Positions 13,720 through 27,794 of a stretch of 64,000 bases of DNA are shown one piece after another. Each line of letters begins with the position of its first letter. Positions within the stretch are counted from its first letter, which is position 1. Both the position numbers and the translations under genes were made by a program. The notes beneath the pieces are model-generated. The model had not been told where the DNA came from, made no database searches, and was given only the letters and a program-made list of their open reading frames with translations. The stretch covers positions 6,084,453-6,148,452 of the forward strand of contig NC_090383.1 of the NCBI RefSeq assembly GCF_036365525.1, given 5' to 3'. This stretch comes from Heterodontus francisci (taxonomy: Eukaryota).

Positions 13720-14515
13720 TGAATCACAGAATGTTTACAGCACAGAAGGAGGCCATTTGTCCCGTCATATCCTTGCCCGCTCTCTGCAAGAGTTACTCAG
13801 CTAGTCCCACTCCCCTGCCTTTTCCCCCATAGCTCTGCAAATATTTTCTCTTCAGATAATTGTCCAATTCCATTTTGAAAGCCAGATTTCTCTTAGGCAG
13901 TGCATTCCAGATCCCAACCACTCGTTGCGTTAAAAAAAAGCTTTTCCTCATGGCGCCTCTGGTTCTTTTGCCAGTCGTCTTAACTCGTGGTCCTCTGATT
14001 CTCAACCTTTCTGCCAATGGCAACTGTTTCTCCTTTACTACGTTGTCATGATTTTGAACACCTCGATCAAATCTCCTCTCAAATTTCTCTTCTCTAACAA
14101 GAACAGCCCCAGCTTCGCCAATCTATCGATGAAGTCTCTCATCCCTGGAACCATTCTCGTAAATCTTTGCTGCACCCTCTCTAAAGCCTTTACATCCTTC
14201 CAAAAGTGCAGTGCCCAGAATTGCATACAATACTCAAGTGTTTTATAAAGGTTCAACATAACTTCCTTTCTTTTGTTCTCTATGCCTCTATTTATAAAGT
14301 CCAGGATCTCAATTTGCTCTGCCACCTTACAACGATTTGTGCCCATATACCCCCGGGTCCCTCTGCCCCGAACCCCCTTTAGAATTGTATCCATTACTTT
14401 ATAGTGTCTTTCCTCATTCTTCCTACCAAAATGTATCACTTCACACTTGTCTGTATTAAATTTCATCTGCCACATGTCTGCCCATTCTTCTGGCCTGACT
14501 ACATCCTCTGAAGTC
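13720..14515 (-). mobile_element. CR1-clade LINE, RT C-terminal remnant
   Basis: ORF 14038-14475 WQMKFNTDKCEVIHFGRKN...LEYCMQFW...LERVQQRFTRMVPG...RGDLIEVFKI, continued by ORF 13793-14023 FFLTQRVVGIWNALP. Confidence 0.92.
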
Positions 14516-15728
14516 TAACTGAATGTGGGGAACTGATGCACCACAAAGCGTAACGATTCACCGTGGATAATCCTTGGGAGGTTCGGCAGGGGGAGGAGGG
14601 GGCATCTTTCTAAACTTGGAGAATAAGCCTATTATTTTACACGTTCATAAAGTAACTTTTGACTGTCCTGCAGTGGAATTGTGATTTGGCATTTCTGCTT
14701 TGCCGTACTGACCGGCTAATGAGTTAACCTCAAACTACACAGCCAAGTGACCACAGAACTTGCCAATCACATTAGAGGCTTTGAACTTTCCCTGAGCATA
14801 GAATCATAGAATGATACAGCACAGAAGGAGGCCATTCGGCCCATCATGCCTGTGTCAGCTCTTTGGCAGAGCTATCCAATTTGTCACACTCCCCTGTACT
14901 TTCCCCATAGCCCTGAAAATGTTTTCCCTTCAAGTGTTTATCCAATTCCCTCCTGAAAGTTACTATTGAATCTGCTTCCACCGCCCTTTCAGGCAGCGCA
15001 TTCCAGATCACAACTCGCTAACTAAATTTTGTTTTCCTATGTTGCCTCTGGTTCTTTTGCCAATCAACCTCACTCTGTGTCCTCTGGAGCATGTAGCTCC
15101 ATAACCTTTAATCTGCCCAATGCATGTTCAAATCTAGTAAGTTCCTCAGTTTCTATGTTAAGCTGTACAATGCTGAACTATTTGCCTCTCTGTTCAATAG
15201 GATCTTGAAGAGCACGTCCCTGGAGATATCCAGCTGGAACTGATCGAACTGCAGTGTATTCCACTTTGAAGAACAAGTACATTCTGTGCACAATTTGACA
15301 GCAGGTATTGATTCAGAAATAACAGCAAATAAGGACTCACGAGTATGGTTCACTTTATAAATAGCTCTGAAATATTAAAATAGTGTTTCATTCAGACATT
15401 AGAAAGCAGTAGGTCAATTTATTAACTATTCTGGTTCACGTGCTTTTCTCATCTTTTGATGTGTATTGAGCTCTGATTCTCTGAGATCTCCCTTCCTAAC
15501 AGCACTGTTGGTGTACCTACATCCCAAGGACTGCAACAATTCAAGAAGGCAGCTCACCACCACCTTCGCAAGGGCAATTAGGGATGCACAATAAATGCTG
15601 GCCTAGCCAGCAACGCCCACATCCCATGAACAAATAAAAACAACAGTCAACATGACCCTCTACCTGCAATATATTTTACCCTGAAATTCCTGTTGTTGTT
15701 CCAATTTATCACATGCTTTAGAATGGTG

Positions 15729-16185
15729 TCAGCCCTGACTTAGTATGCAGGACTCTTACTTCTGAAACAGAAGGTTGAGGGTTCGAGTTCCACTCCAGAG
15801 ACTTGAATATAAAACCTAGGCTGAAACTGCAGGGCAGTACTGAGGGAGTGCTGCGCTGTCAGTGATACAGTTTTGTCAATGAGACATTAAACCTAAGGCC
15901 CTGTGTGCCCTCTCAGGTGGACATAAAAGATTGCACGGCCATTATTCGAAGAAGAGCAGAGGGGTTCTCCCCGATGTCCTGAGCCAATATTTATCCTTCA
16001 ATCAAGATCATTAAAACAGATTATCTGGTCATTATCGCATTGGTCTTTGTGGGATCTTGCTGTGCACAGATTGGCTGCCACATTTCCTACAGTGACTACA
16101 TTTTTAAAAAGTACCTTATTGGCTGTAAAGCGCTTTGGGACATTCTGAGGTTGTGAAAGGCACTGTATAAATGCAAGTCTTTTAT
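15729..16185 (+). mobile_element. Deu-domain SINE (SacSINE1/AmnSINE1-like)
   Basis: tRNA-like head (GGTTCGAGTTCC B-box), core GAAGAAGAGCAG...GTCCTG.GCCAATATTTATCC, and an L2-like tail TGTAAAGCGCTTTGGGAC...ATAAATGCAAG. Confidence 0.8.
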
Positions 16186-16713
16186 ACATTTGAATTTAGA
16201 AATTACAATCATCAATAGGAAGATTGTGTAAATCAAAGTTCCTCAGAGTTTTTTGTTTAAATCTCTGCTCAATGAAATAAGTATTTGAGCAAGGTGACAT
16301 GGAGATACACTGTTTGTGCATTGTCTACTCCCTGTTACTAGGTGGCAGTCATACCCATGCTGCAGGATTGCAGGATTCCTTCACTTCACCAAGCCCCCAG
16401 ACTCCATCTGGTGGCACAAATCAGTTTCAGCAACAACGCAAAGATTAATGTTGAAATTAAACAAAATCATTGGTTGAACAACTTGCTTTGTAATTGTGGT
16501 CAAATTCTGCAAGTATTATCCTGAGGGCTGGAAATAAAAATATTCTTAAACAGCCTGGGATTTTCCTCTAGGTGGCCAGTATCCATCCTTCAGCTGACAC
16601 ATTGAACTATCTCTCTAGAGTGTAGCCAGGGTGTCTGATGTACAAAATGTTGGCGGTACAGTACTGGCTGCTCCCCTGATGCAATGCTGAGGATATTAAT
16701 GGCGACAGCTTCC

Positions 16714-17440
16714 TGTTATGTTTATGTATATCTGATCTATCTCAGAGCAATGCAGATATCACACTTGTATTAAATCACCAACTGGTTTATTTACAGCAGT
16801 TTAAAATATATCAGTTCTTACAAGATCTCAGTATGATGTCTTCTCAGAGCAATCAGTGTGTTTTCTGTAGAAGGTTCTAGTTCTGTCTTTTAGTTTCAGT
16901 TTTAATTCTTAAGCTCCATCCATAGGCTTAAGCAATCAAACACAGTGAACACAGATCAAGGGACAAACTAATACAATCAAATCCAGATCAATCAAACACT
17001 ACAGTTATCCCCCTTTTGATAAATACATTATTCTTGAATTAATATATTCTAAACAACAAACCTATATACATCAAATTAATTCTTAGTGTTCAACTTGACT
17101 GTTTTCTCTAAGTACACAAATAGTCTTTGAGGTCTCTTAGGTCTTCGATTAGATTTACCAATTTGAGGTTGTGGATCTGTTTGATCAGCTTGATGAGGCA
17201 GATGATCAATATCACTCATAGGAAAAGGAAATATATCCTCATAACCACTATCCTCACAATATCCTGGTCTGCTCCCTGTCAAATGTCTCGCATTCCACTT
17301 ACTGTTGTCATCCAACAGATAAGCATTTGTACCGAGCAAACGTTTAATCTGCTTTGGACGACAATAGCAAGTGGAATGCGAGACGGTTGATAGGGAGTAG
17401 ACCAGGATATTTTCAGGACAGTGGTTCTGAGGATACATTT
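16714..17440 (-). mobile_element. Gypsy-like LTR retrotransposon 3' end (integrase tail, PPT, 3' LTR)
   Basis: ORF segment PKQIKRLLGTNAYLLDDNSKWNARHL...RRPKRPQRL, then polypurine tract AAAAGGGGGA, then TGT at 17003 running to ACA at about 16714 with an internal AATAAA. Confidence 0.6.
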
Positions 17441-18164
17441 CCTCTTCCTAGATCAAATTGCTTCTTCCTCAGGTCAGGCTGAGCTCCCTCACTGCTTCAG
17501 TTTCGGATCCCCTCAGTTTCAGATCCCACAGCCTCCCCACTGCAGCTTCCAGCCATTCTGCTCCCAGTAAGGCCCATGCCCCTGTTTATTTCTTTCATCA
17601 TCAGAGCACCAGTACTAGACGTGGCTCCAAACATGACTTGAAGAGGAAGAGCAGATTTATGGTCTGGATCCCAACCTCATCAGGTTCTCTAACCTCTTTG
17701 CGTGTTACCACAGTGCCAGGTATAGCTTCCTCCTGCCGAGCACTGATGATTACCCACATAGCTCAGATCCCAACCTCCAACCAGATACAGCCGATCCAAA
17801 ATGCAGAAGATTCAGGAAATCAGTGAAGGAGTATGCATGAGCCAGACACAGTGGAGGAAGTGAGTCATCTACAGGACAATGAAAGAAGTACAGAAAGTGT
17901 AAGAAAATGCTGGGGTGGAGGATGCAAAATAGGCTAGCTGTGTATACATATATATTGGGTTAGGACTTTGTTTAATCTCACATCATTCATTTGTTTTGCT
18001 TTCTGTTTACTTTTAAACGGCTTGTGGATTTGTATTTTAGCAAGAAATAATGAAATAGTTCAAGTTGTTCATTCCCAGGATGCTTTTAGTGTTTAATGTG
18101 TCAAGGTACAATTTAGCTGATTGTGCTGTTTAGCGTCTGCTGAAAGTGCATAATGTGCAATTTC

Positions 18165-19030
18165 TTTTTTATTCATTCATTGGATGTGGGCGTCGCTGGC
18201 CAGGCCAGCATTTATTGCCCATCCCTAATTGCCCTTGAGAAGGTGGCGGTGAGCTGCCTTCTTGAACCGCTGCAGTCCATTTGGGGTAGGTACACCCACA
18301 GTGCTGTTAGGAAGGGAGTTCCAGGATTTTGACCCAGCGACAGTGAAGGAACGGCGATATAGTTCCAAGTCAGGATGGTGTGTGACTTGGAGGGGAACTT
18401 GCAGGTGGTGGTGCTCCCATGTATTTGCTGCCCTTGCCCTTCTAGTTGGTAGAGGTCACGGGTTTGGAAGGTGCTGTCTAAGGAGCCTTGGTGCATTGCT
18501 GCAGTGCATCTTATAGATGGTACACACTGCTGCTACTGTGCGTCGGTGGTGGAGCGAGTGAATGTTTGTAGATGGGTTGCCAATCAAGCGGGCTGCTTTG
18601 TCCTGGATGGTGTCGAGCTTCTTGAGTGTTGTTGGAGCTTCACCCATCCAGGCAAGTGGAGAGTATTCCATCATACTCCTGACTTGTGCCTTGTAGATGG
18701 TGGACAGGCTTTGGGGAGTCAGGAGGTGAGTTATTCGCCTCAGGATTCCTAGCCTCTGACCTGCTCTTGTAGCCACGGTATTTATATGGCTACTCCAGTT
18801 CAGTTTCTGGTCAATGGTAACCCCTAGGATGTTGATAGTGGGGGATTCAGCGATGGTAATGCCGTTGAATGTCAAGGGGAGATGGTTAGATTCTCTCTTG
18901 TTGGAGATGGTCATTGCCTGGCGCGAATGTTACTTGCCACTTATCAGCCCAAGCCTGGATATTGCCCAGGTCATGCTGCATTTCTACACGGACTGCTTCA
19001 GTATCTGAGGAGTCACGAATGGTGCTGAAT
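18165..19030 (-). mobile_element. Non-LTR retrotransposon (CR1/L2-group LINE) 3' part
   Basis: ORF 18456-18914 ILGVTIDQKLNWSSHI...IYKAQVRSMMEYSPLAW...LDTIQDKAARLI; GAATAAAAAA tail; same family as 41783-42456 and 15487-15640. Confidence 0.9.
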
Positions 19031-19040
19031 TTGTGCCTGT

Positions 19041-20099
19041 TGTGTCAACCAAGACAGGAGAAATGTACTGTTAATTCAGTCCCACTTCTCCACAAGTCAC
19101 AGCATATCAATAAATTTTCCCACCTACCAAAGAATAGCCAAATTAGACACCCTATTTGTCCCCCAAAATAAAGCACATGAAAACAGGTTTCTTTAAACAA
19201 CAACATTAACTATTTATTAGAAAAGAAATAATGAGTCTTAACTACTAATGAGATAAATCTATATATATGAAACGTTCCTTAGTTCCTTAGCCCTCATGCA
19301 CACACACATATATTTAAAAAAGTAAACCGGGGAAAAGGGATTTTTGTTTACAGCTGTTTCTTATGAATAGAAGGAATAGTAAAAATAAATCAGTTCGTCA
19401 TGTTCTGGTAGGATGTTTTTGGTATGGTGAGGTGTTCCAAAATCAAATAGTCATATGCCACTCGCAGTCTCATCCAAGCGAGGTTGATGAACAGTCTTTG
19501 ATGGGTAGGCATTCAAGGCAATTCGAATACAGCAGGCGTTACACAGGTCTTTCAGCAGGTCTGCTCAGGACTCACAGCAGCAACACAGCAGTAGAAGTTT
19601 TGTTCAAGTTCCAGGATTTTCCAAAACACAGGAGACAACAGGAATCTTACTGGATGTAGGAATTCTTCAGAGACAGGAAGCAATAGGAAACTGCCACCTT
19701 TCAAATGCAGGATTTCTTTTCAAGAGGTGCAAGTCTCCTTTACAGAGACAGGTCTTTTTATCCAGTCTCCAGGCTGGTCAGGTCCAAGTTACAAATGCCT
19801 GCTCTTTGTTCAATTCACTGGTTTTAAAAGTCCAAAGTGAAAGCAAAAAGCCTTCCTGAGCTGATCACGTGACCAGACAGAAAGTCTCCACTGTCATTCA
19901 AAGTGTTGCCTTTGAGAAGGTCAAACCGCCAGTTGGCTTCCTTGAAACTGCTTACTCTTCCTATTCTTGTATACAAAGTCAAAATCCTACAATTGAAGCT
20001 ATTTGCAGGTGTCCAATTCTATTGAAAATCCTTTGTTCAGTTTTTTAAAAACACACAGAAGTCTAAGATTTTAATACAAAAATAAAACCTTTTGTAACA
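19041..20099. mobile_element. Probable solo LTR
   Basis: TGTGTCA...TGTAACA termini flanked by a 4-bp direct repeat CTGT (19037-19040 and 20100-20103); no coding homology recognised. Confidence 0.6.
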
Positions 20100-20984
20100 C
20101 TGTTGACTTCTTTTTTCGGCACATTGTGAAATGAGCTAGCCAAGGCAGTCTCAAGATAGGAAGTGGCACCAGGAAACTCAGGATGATTAATTGCATCCTA
20201 TATGGGAAACAAATTGGCATCTGGTGTTTTGAAGGAACTCTTTCATTTCTTGGGGCCTTGTCCACAAGGATACTTGTCATGCCACAGTGAATCAGCAAGA
20301 ACAGTGTGCATGACTAGAGACCTATAAAGATCTTGAGCATTCCTTAATAGTTTGTAGAGAGAATCAGGATCAAAATGATCAACAAAGGTTACCCATGGAA
20401 AAAAGCGATTATTTGGTTTATTTCTCTGCATGCCTACCGCTTAGAGTCATTGCATGTGCCTGGATTTGGTTAAACACAATAAAGGACTACATTGCTACAA
20501 TATTTAGTTTGTTAGATTCGAATTGTCTCAAAGTAGGGAGGGGGGATTTTAATGGCCAGTAGATTTCAATTAATTTTCATTAAAAGCAAAGAATTCACAC
20601 AGAGAGCTTAAGGGAAATCTCAAGCATACCGGGATAAATTGCCACATCAAATATTAATGTAAAATAATTATTAATTATTGAATAACATTATATTACAGAA
20701 AGACCGGCTCTCACTAATATTACTGCATTGATACAAACTATCTTGAAGATATACAGCCAAACTTCACTTTATTCTCATTTTAACATATTGTTGAATGGCA
20801 GGAAGCAACTCAATTGTGAGGCAATATATTTTACTTTATGATGCTAATAAAACACACCAAGTAGTGCAACAGCTCTAAGTCTGCAATACAAGGCAAAAAA
20901 AAAATTCAACTTCTACCACTCCCAACTATTTTGAATGTCAGTTATGGGAGTTTAGGTGTAATGCAAAGTCGATGGAGGGGGGGG

Positions 20985-21706
20985 GGGGATTTTACCAGCC
21001 CCTTGGAGGTGGGTTTGGAGACAGAGGAGGAATAAAATCAGAAAAAATATGCATTGTGCATGTTTCCCAATCTGTTCCCGCCTCCTCCCACTTATCCCGG
21101 AGGCGGCTTTTGCGTGGTGATGCCAGCCCGCTCTGACAGCAGTGGGAAGTCCATTAAGCTTGTTAAATGGACAATTAGCAGCAAAAATCCAAGGGCAATG
21201 CAATTTTGCTAGTGTCGCATGGGCCCCACACTGCGAGAGAACCTCGTCTACTTAAAGGAGGCGCCTGCACAGCGGGAGGTCAGCACGGCATGAAAATAAG
21301 ATGCAATCTCACCGCTTAATGATGCAACCAGCAAGCCTGAGGACATCTGCAGACAGAGGCTCGCCATTGCAAAAGCACTGTCACAGACAATGCTCAGGGT
21401 GAAGAGTTGGCTGCCGGTTCCCTCAGCCTTTTCTCGCTGCCATTTCACTCCGCCCTCCTTTTGAGGCTTTCGCCTCAGCAGCACACTGACACTCCAGCTG
21501 CCGTGAAGACTGCCAGCGTGCTGATTGGCCCTCACCCCTCCTCAACCCACCCATCGTCCCTAATTGGACAGGGAACCCCGAGGCGGCCTGTTAATTGTCG
21601 CCTTCCAGAAAATTAACCTGGAAGGCGTGTTGTTCCAACGGCCGGGTTACAGACCCGTAAATGATCCTGACAGCCGAAAATACTCTATATCCGGATAATT
21701 CAGCCC
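20985..21706. mobile_element. Degenerate Harbinger-type MITE
   Basis: Ends GGGGGATTTTAC and AATTCAGCCC; GC-rich body resembling 767-1470. Confidence 0.55.
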
Positions 21707-21845
21707 TAAGTGTCAGCCTTGTATCAACGAAGCCCTCTTGACTCTGAGTCAGAAAGCATTGCAGTCATCCCCCCTGCCCCACCCTGCACCCTACCTGTCC
21801 TGAACATGGCCATTGTTAAAACTGGGCCATTAATTTAGTACTTAC

Positions 21846-21891
21846 ATAGCGTTGATATTCCACTGAGGTTTTTGCTCGGTAAAGGCTTCGC
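21846..21891 (-). CDS. Candidate 46-nt exon of an unidentified gene
   Basis: Acceptor ctctttttcgtag and donor |gtaagt; all three frames open; unique sequence. Confidence 0.45.
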
Positions 21892-24789
21892 CTACGAAAA
21901 AGAGGTGGTATAGCAGAAATGTGATTAAACCTCGGAGGAGAGCTGACCTGAAAGACAGAAGTGTTGCACAACGTTTTACACATAATGCCTAGCAATGGTT
22001 ATCATTAATACTTTTCAACGTGATTGATTTAATGCCAATTACGAGGGTTTTAGAAACTCAAGCATGCCCAAAAGCAGGCACTCAGGGAATGATCAACTCA
22101 GCCAACATGGTATCTGACACACTTCCAGTCCGGATCAGGTAGGACAGCTCATGACACAAAATTCAGAAGCATAACGCCCATTTTACAGGCAGCAATAATT
22201 GAATCGCAGCCCCTCTTCCCCTCCTCTGTTCTAGTGAAAAGAGCTCAAGTTTATCTAATGTCTCCTCATAATTAAAGCCTCTCATTCCTGGTATTACTTT
22301 CTGAATCTTCTCCAAGGCCGAGATATCTTTTCTAAACCAGAGCTCACATAACTGGAAAACACTAACCCGGATGTTCCACTCTCATTCCCCAACTTCTCAG
22401 TGGAATGAGGGCAAGGGTGGGAAGTAGCATCAGACTGGCAGATAGAAGTGGCGTAGCAAAGTGGCAAAGGGAAGTGACGTAGGGCAGTTCCGTAGGGAAG
22501 TGTGCCCACCTATTCTCCATGCACCTGATTTCCCACCAGAAGTGATGCTCAATACATCCAACTGTACATGGGCAGCCCCACTTTGAAAAGGGGACAAAAG
22601 AGATTTTCTAGAATTGTTCCAGGAATGAGGGATTGCAATTACATGGATGGACTGGAGAAGCTAGAGTTGTTCTCCTTACAATAGAGAAGCAGAGGAGATT
22701 TGATAGAGGTGTTTAAAAACATGAAGGGTTTAAGTAAAGAGAATGGCTGACGGGTTGTTAAACAGACGGCACTGATTTAAGGTGATTTGTAGAAAAATTC
22801 GAGGCGGCATGAGGAAAATCTTTTTTAATGCAGTGAGTGGTTAGGAATTGGAATGCACTGCTTGAACCATCATCAGCCTTGATTGTGACAACCCAGGAGC
22901 TTGCCAACACTCACATAAATGATGGAGTCATGGACAAGGTCCTGGAGAGAATTGCTGTCCATATAGCAGTTCTCCAGCAAGGAGTCGATGCCTTCAGGTG
23001 GGGAGACAAGAGGAGAAAGTTGTCAAGAAAAGGAGAAATAAAAGAACGGCGGGGGAGGCAGTAGGAAAAATGCATTTTCATTGAGTGTCTTCTTATGTAT
23101 ATTGTTTGCTTCGCTGCAGCTCATTCAAGGTCCCTGCGCCCTTACCACAAGGCCCTCCCCTTCACCCTGACACGGCCAACCCGGCTGATTTCCCACCTTC
23201 GCTGACTGGCGAGCTGAATTGGGGCATCCATTTGGCATTTGGGGCATCCATGTGGCTCACTGGTGGCATTTGAATGAGGCCCAGAGGCCAGATTAGGCCG
23301 AGCCTCAGGCCAGCATGGACCAGCACAAAGGGCAGTTGCTCTGCCGACTTTGCACCAGCATTTTGAGCACAAGTCAAATTCCTTCGCCCCCCCTCCCCCC
23401 ACCCCACACTACCACCACCTCCACCACCAGCTTGTCTCTTTATGCTCAATAATCACAACATCAAAGTGAAGATAGAATTAACTGTAGAAAAATAACAAAG
23501 CACCATATATCTATCCCCAAAAATGTATGACGTTCTTCTCAGTGAGTCAGATTTTCATTTCAGCTTCAGAACTTGTGGTCATAGTTTGGAGTTAAACTGC
23601 AAACCCATGTGAGAGAATCTCCTGCAGGGTAGATCTTCAATGTTTTCAGTAGCTTAATGAATTACGCTGCCATTTGCACATTGACAGGCACCAAATTCCA
23701 CTTTATATCAATGCAAATTGAGCAATACTACAGTAGTCTTAATGAGTGACTAAGACTATAGAAATGAGAACGCTCTAATTATTTTGCAAACCGAAGTGTG
23801 TTTTAATACTAGATTCAAGTTAAGTGTGTTAGACATATTGTTAATGGGCAAGTATAGACATGTTCTTTACTCCGACTGTGGACAACTGGTCACAATGAAC
23901 AACTCAGCGGGTTTAGAAGCTCTCTAATTGAAGACAATGAATGCAAGAATGGTCATAAGACACCTAGCAGCTAAATCACCCAGCACTGTAATTTCAGTTT
24001 CATGATCTAATGTTCTATTTGCTCTTTAACAGCAATATTTGGTGGCAATCAGCAGGGTACAATCAATCATTTTACTCATTCAGGTCAATTTTCCAATCCG
24101 GAATGTTGGAGTTTGGAACTTAAATTAGTCGCTCCTGAATGGAAAATTGGCTGCAGATTCCATAAAATGAATCCCTGCTCATTATGGGTCAGATAGTTGT
24201 GGAACAAAAAATAACAGGGTCTGAACAACGCACGCTGTTATTAATGCACAAATCAGCTGGCAACTTATGGTGAGGTAAAGATAAGCATGACTTGCCAATC
24301 ACAACAAGTTTCTGAACGGTTTGTGGCAAGGTCGAAATACCCTGTGAGTTGCCAATCACCACATGTTGCTGCCGATTTGTGCCGCTCCCCCGTCAGCCAC
24401 GTGAAAACATCAGCTCGCCTTAACCACCCATGAGTTTCATGAACTTGCTGCAATCGCACATTAATTTGCCCATTAAACTCGCAACTGAAAGTGAAGTCTA
24501 GTAATTAACACTGTAACTGCCCTTTCACCAATATAATCATTAATAAATCAAAAAACCTCTCTGGTCCAGAAAGTAAACAATTAAAACTATGGAGTCTCAT
24601 TCTCGATTGCTATTGGAAATTTAAAACATTTTTATTTTTGTTTTACTTTTCCTTTCTGTCACTTTTCTCTCTTTCTTAATCCAATCTTTCTTTCTCTTGC
24701 TTTATTTCTCTCTCTGTGCCTGGGCTGACATTGAATTTACCCACTTTTATTTAGCCTACATCTCAGTGCTTCCTCCGTTTATTTCTCAA

Positions 24790-25108
24790 TCAGCAGCCTC
24801 ACAGCTCCAGCGACCCAGTTCTGGATACTGCCTGTGCGGAGATTGCAAGTTCTCCCTGTGACTGTGTGGGTTTCCGCCGGGTGCTCCGATTTCCTCCCTC
24901 AGCCAAAGACTTGAAGGTTGATAGGTAAATTGGCCATTGTAAATTGCCCCTAGTGTAGGTAGGTGGTAGGAGAATGGTGGGGATGTGGTAGGGAATATGG
25001 GATTAAGGTAGGATTAGTATAAATGGGTGGTTGTTGGTCGGCACAGACTCGGTGGGCCGAAGGGCCTGTTTCAGTGCTGTATCTCTAAATAAAAATAAAT
25101 AAATAAAT
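24790..25108 (+). mobile_element. HE1/V-SINE-like SINE
   Basis: GCAGCCTCACAGCTCCAGCGACCC...GGGCCTGTTTCAGTGCTGTATCTCTAAATAAA. Confidence 0.9.
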
Positions 25109-27114
25109 TTCGTAACCCTAAATCTCATTGGTTACGAAGACACTGTTGCTCCTGTCGCTCACTGAGATCCTGTTGACCTCACACTTCCAGCATCTTAAAA
25201 GCTATTACATCCCATTTGCATAATCTTTCACCATTTCTGCTTACTTAACACTTGTTCCTTTACCTGCCCATATAAACTGAGTTGTGAGATGCCAAATTCT
25301 ATACCATAATTAGTTTAAAGTGACCCGATTGTCATATTGTAAGAAGGTGGCAAGAGCTTTTCTGTTGTATTTTTTTTCCTATTGTACAGTCTTTCAAGAA
25401 TCTTTGGAGCAATTGCTGTGGTGTTGCTTTTCTTGATTTCACTGTCACCATGCCACTGAATTCCCTCAGGAGTAAGTCCTCACCTGGAATATTGTGTCCA
25501 GTTCAGGGCACTACACTTTAGGAAGGATGTCAAGGCCTTGGAGAGAGTGCAGAGAAGATTTACTAGAATGATACCAGGGATGAGTAACTTCAGTTATCTG
25601 GAGATACTAGAGAAACTGGATTGAATAACCCTATATTTGTAACCATACTCAAATAATGACACAGTCCTTAAAAAGATATTGTTAATCTTAACTGTTCAGT
25701 TTTCCTAGTTGTTTTTGAGCTCAGAAAGACTTAGCTACTGCATAGCATAAGAAATAAGAGCAGGAGTAGGCCGTTCGGCCCCTCAAGCCTGCTCCACCAT
25801 TGAATAAGATCACGGCTGATCTACCTCAACTTCACTTTCCCACCCTTTTGATTTCCTCGGAGTGCAAAAATCTAATAATTTCAGTCTTGAAAATACTCAG
25901 CGGGGTAGAGAATTCCAAAGATTCGCAACCCTCTGTGTCACCTCAAGATGTCCCAAAGCACTTTACAACGAAAGAAGTACTTCTGAAATGCAGTCACTGT
26001 TGTAATGTAGAAAACGCAGCAGCCATTTCATGCACAGCAAGCTCCCAAGCAACAGATACAAGGGCATGGCAATAGTGAAACAGGAATAAACCTGCAAGGA
26101 ACATGCTAGAATTGAGGTGGACGCAGAGATGATAAATCACTTCAAAAAGATGCACACTTGCGGGAAATAAACTTGCAGGGATAGAACAGGGGAATGAGAC
26201 TGACTGGATTGCTCTCCAGAAAGCCAGCATGGATTCGATAAGCTGAATGACTCTATAAAAGCTTTCCACTAAAGGACATCAAACATTAACTTCAACCTCT
26301 ATTAATATAGAACTTTTGTCCCACCCGTACTTTCATGTTCACTGTTAAGCCCCAGAAAACAAAACATACCATTCCCAGGTATATTCCAGTCATGTTCCTG
26401 GGTGATGAATTCGGCTGTAGTTGCTTGTTCTGCATGTTGGAACATCAGTATCTTCAAATGCCAAGAGATTATGAAGGGAGTTCTCAGAGAGAGAGAAAAT
26501 GTTCCTTATCCATTTGGGGAACCTTTCGTTTCTCTGCCAGTAAATGACGTTTATAGACAAGGAAGAGACCGCAGGTGGGTGTCCATAAAATCAAATAGTT
26601 TTCCTTTTAACAAACTGCAGCTGAGAATCAAATACACGGAATATTCATTAGCAAATATATAATTGCTTGGAAATAATAAGGAAATAACCTGTGACGGCAA
26701 AAAAATGGGTTAAATTTCTAAAAGTATTTAAAAGTAAATTTTGATAATCTTACCAACAGTGTCAAAGAAACAACTCGCTCAAAAAAGTATCAACTTCCTC
26801 GAAGCCTTAAAAAGCAGAGGCTGGGAGGAAAGGTTTAACAAGGGAAGCCACAGCAGCAGAAACAAACAGGAACATTTCAGGCGTCCTCCCCCACTCTCGA
26901 ATTGCCATTTCCAGTCAACTGATGAAAACTTGAACAAAGTGCCGGAAAGTTTGTTGGGAAGTTTTTTTGTGTGTGTTCAGTGCTTCGCCTCACTGCCTGC
27001 AACACTGCAGAGACCAAAACAAAGCAAACTGAACAAGCACCCTGGCAACCGCACAGATTCAGCTGCCCTAGTAGTGCCTCCTTTTCCCAAGACTCTCTAT
27101 ATCCCTGCAGATTA

Positions 27115-27794
27115 TTCTTTTGGGCCTCCTTATCTCGAGAGACAATGGATAAGCGCCTGGAGGCGGTCAGTGGTTTGTGAAGCAGCACCTGGAGTGGCTA
27201 TAAAGGCCAATTCTAGAGTGACAGACTCTTCCACAGGTGCTGCAGAGAAATTTGTTTGTCGGGGCTGTTGCACAGTTGGCTCTGCCCTTGCGCCTCTGTC
27301 TTTTTTCCTGCCAACTACTAAGTCTCTTCGACTCGCCACATTTTAGCCCCGTCTTTATGGCTGCCCGCCAGCTCTGGCGAACGCTGGCAACTGACTCCCA
27401 CGACTTGTGATCAATATCACAGGATTTCATGTCGCATTTGCAGGCGTCTTTAAAGCGGAGACGTGGACGGCCGGTGGGTCTGATACCAGTGGCGAGCTCG
27501 CTGTACAATGTGTCTTTGGGGATCCTGCCATCTTCCATGCGGCTCACATGGCCAAGCCATCTCAAGCGCCGCTGACTCAGTAGTGTGTACAAGCTGGGGA
27601 TGTTGGCCGCCTCGAGGACTTCTGTGTTGGAGATACGGTCCTGCCACCTGATGCCAAGTATTCTCCGGAGGCAGCGAAGATGGAATGAATTGAGACGTCG
27701 CTCTTGGCTGGCATACGTTGTCCAGGCCTCGCTGCCATAGAGCAAGGTACTGAGGACACTGAGAAGAAAAAGTAAAGAAAGAGAAAGAAGAAGA
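27115..27794 (-). mobile_element. 5'-truncated RTE-clade LINE with 45-bp target duplication
   Basis: ORF 27167-27898 LLYGSEAWT...FHLRCLRRIL...QRRLRWLGHVSRM...GRPRLRFKD with a C-terminal CxxC...H zinc motif; flanking duplicates at 27070-27114 and 27795-27839. Confidence 0.93.

Noticed and set aside
26741-27346. 201-aa plus-strand ORF
   Set aside because: Non-ATG start, runs antisense into the RTE element, and has no recognisable homology.
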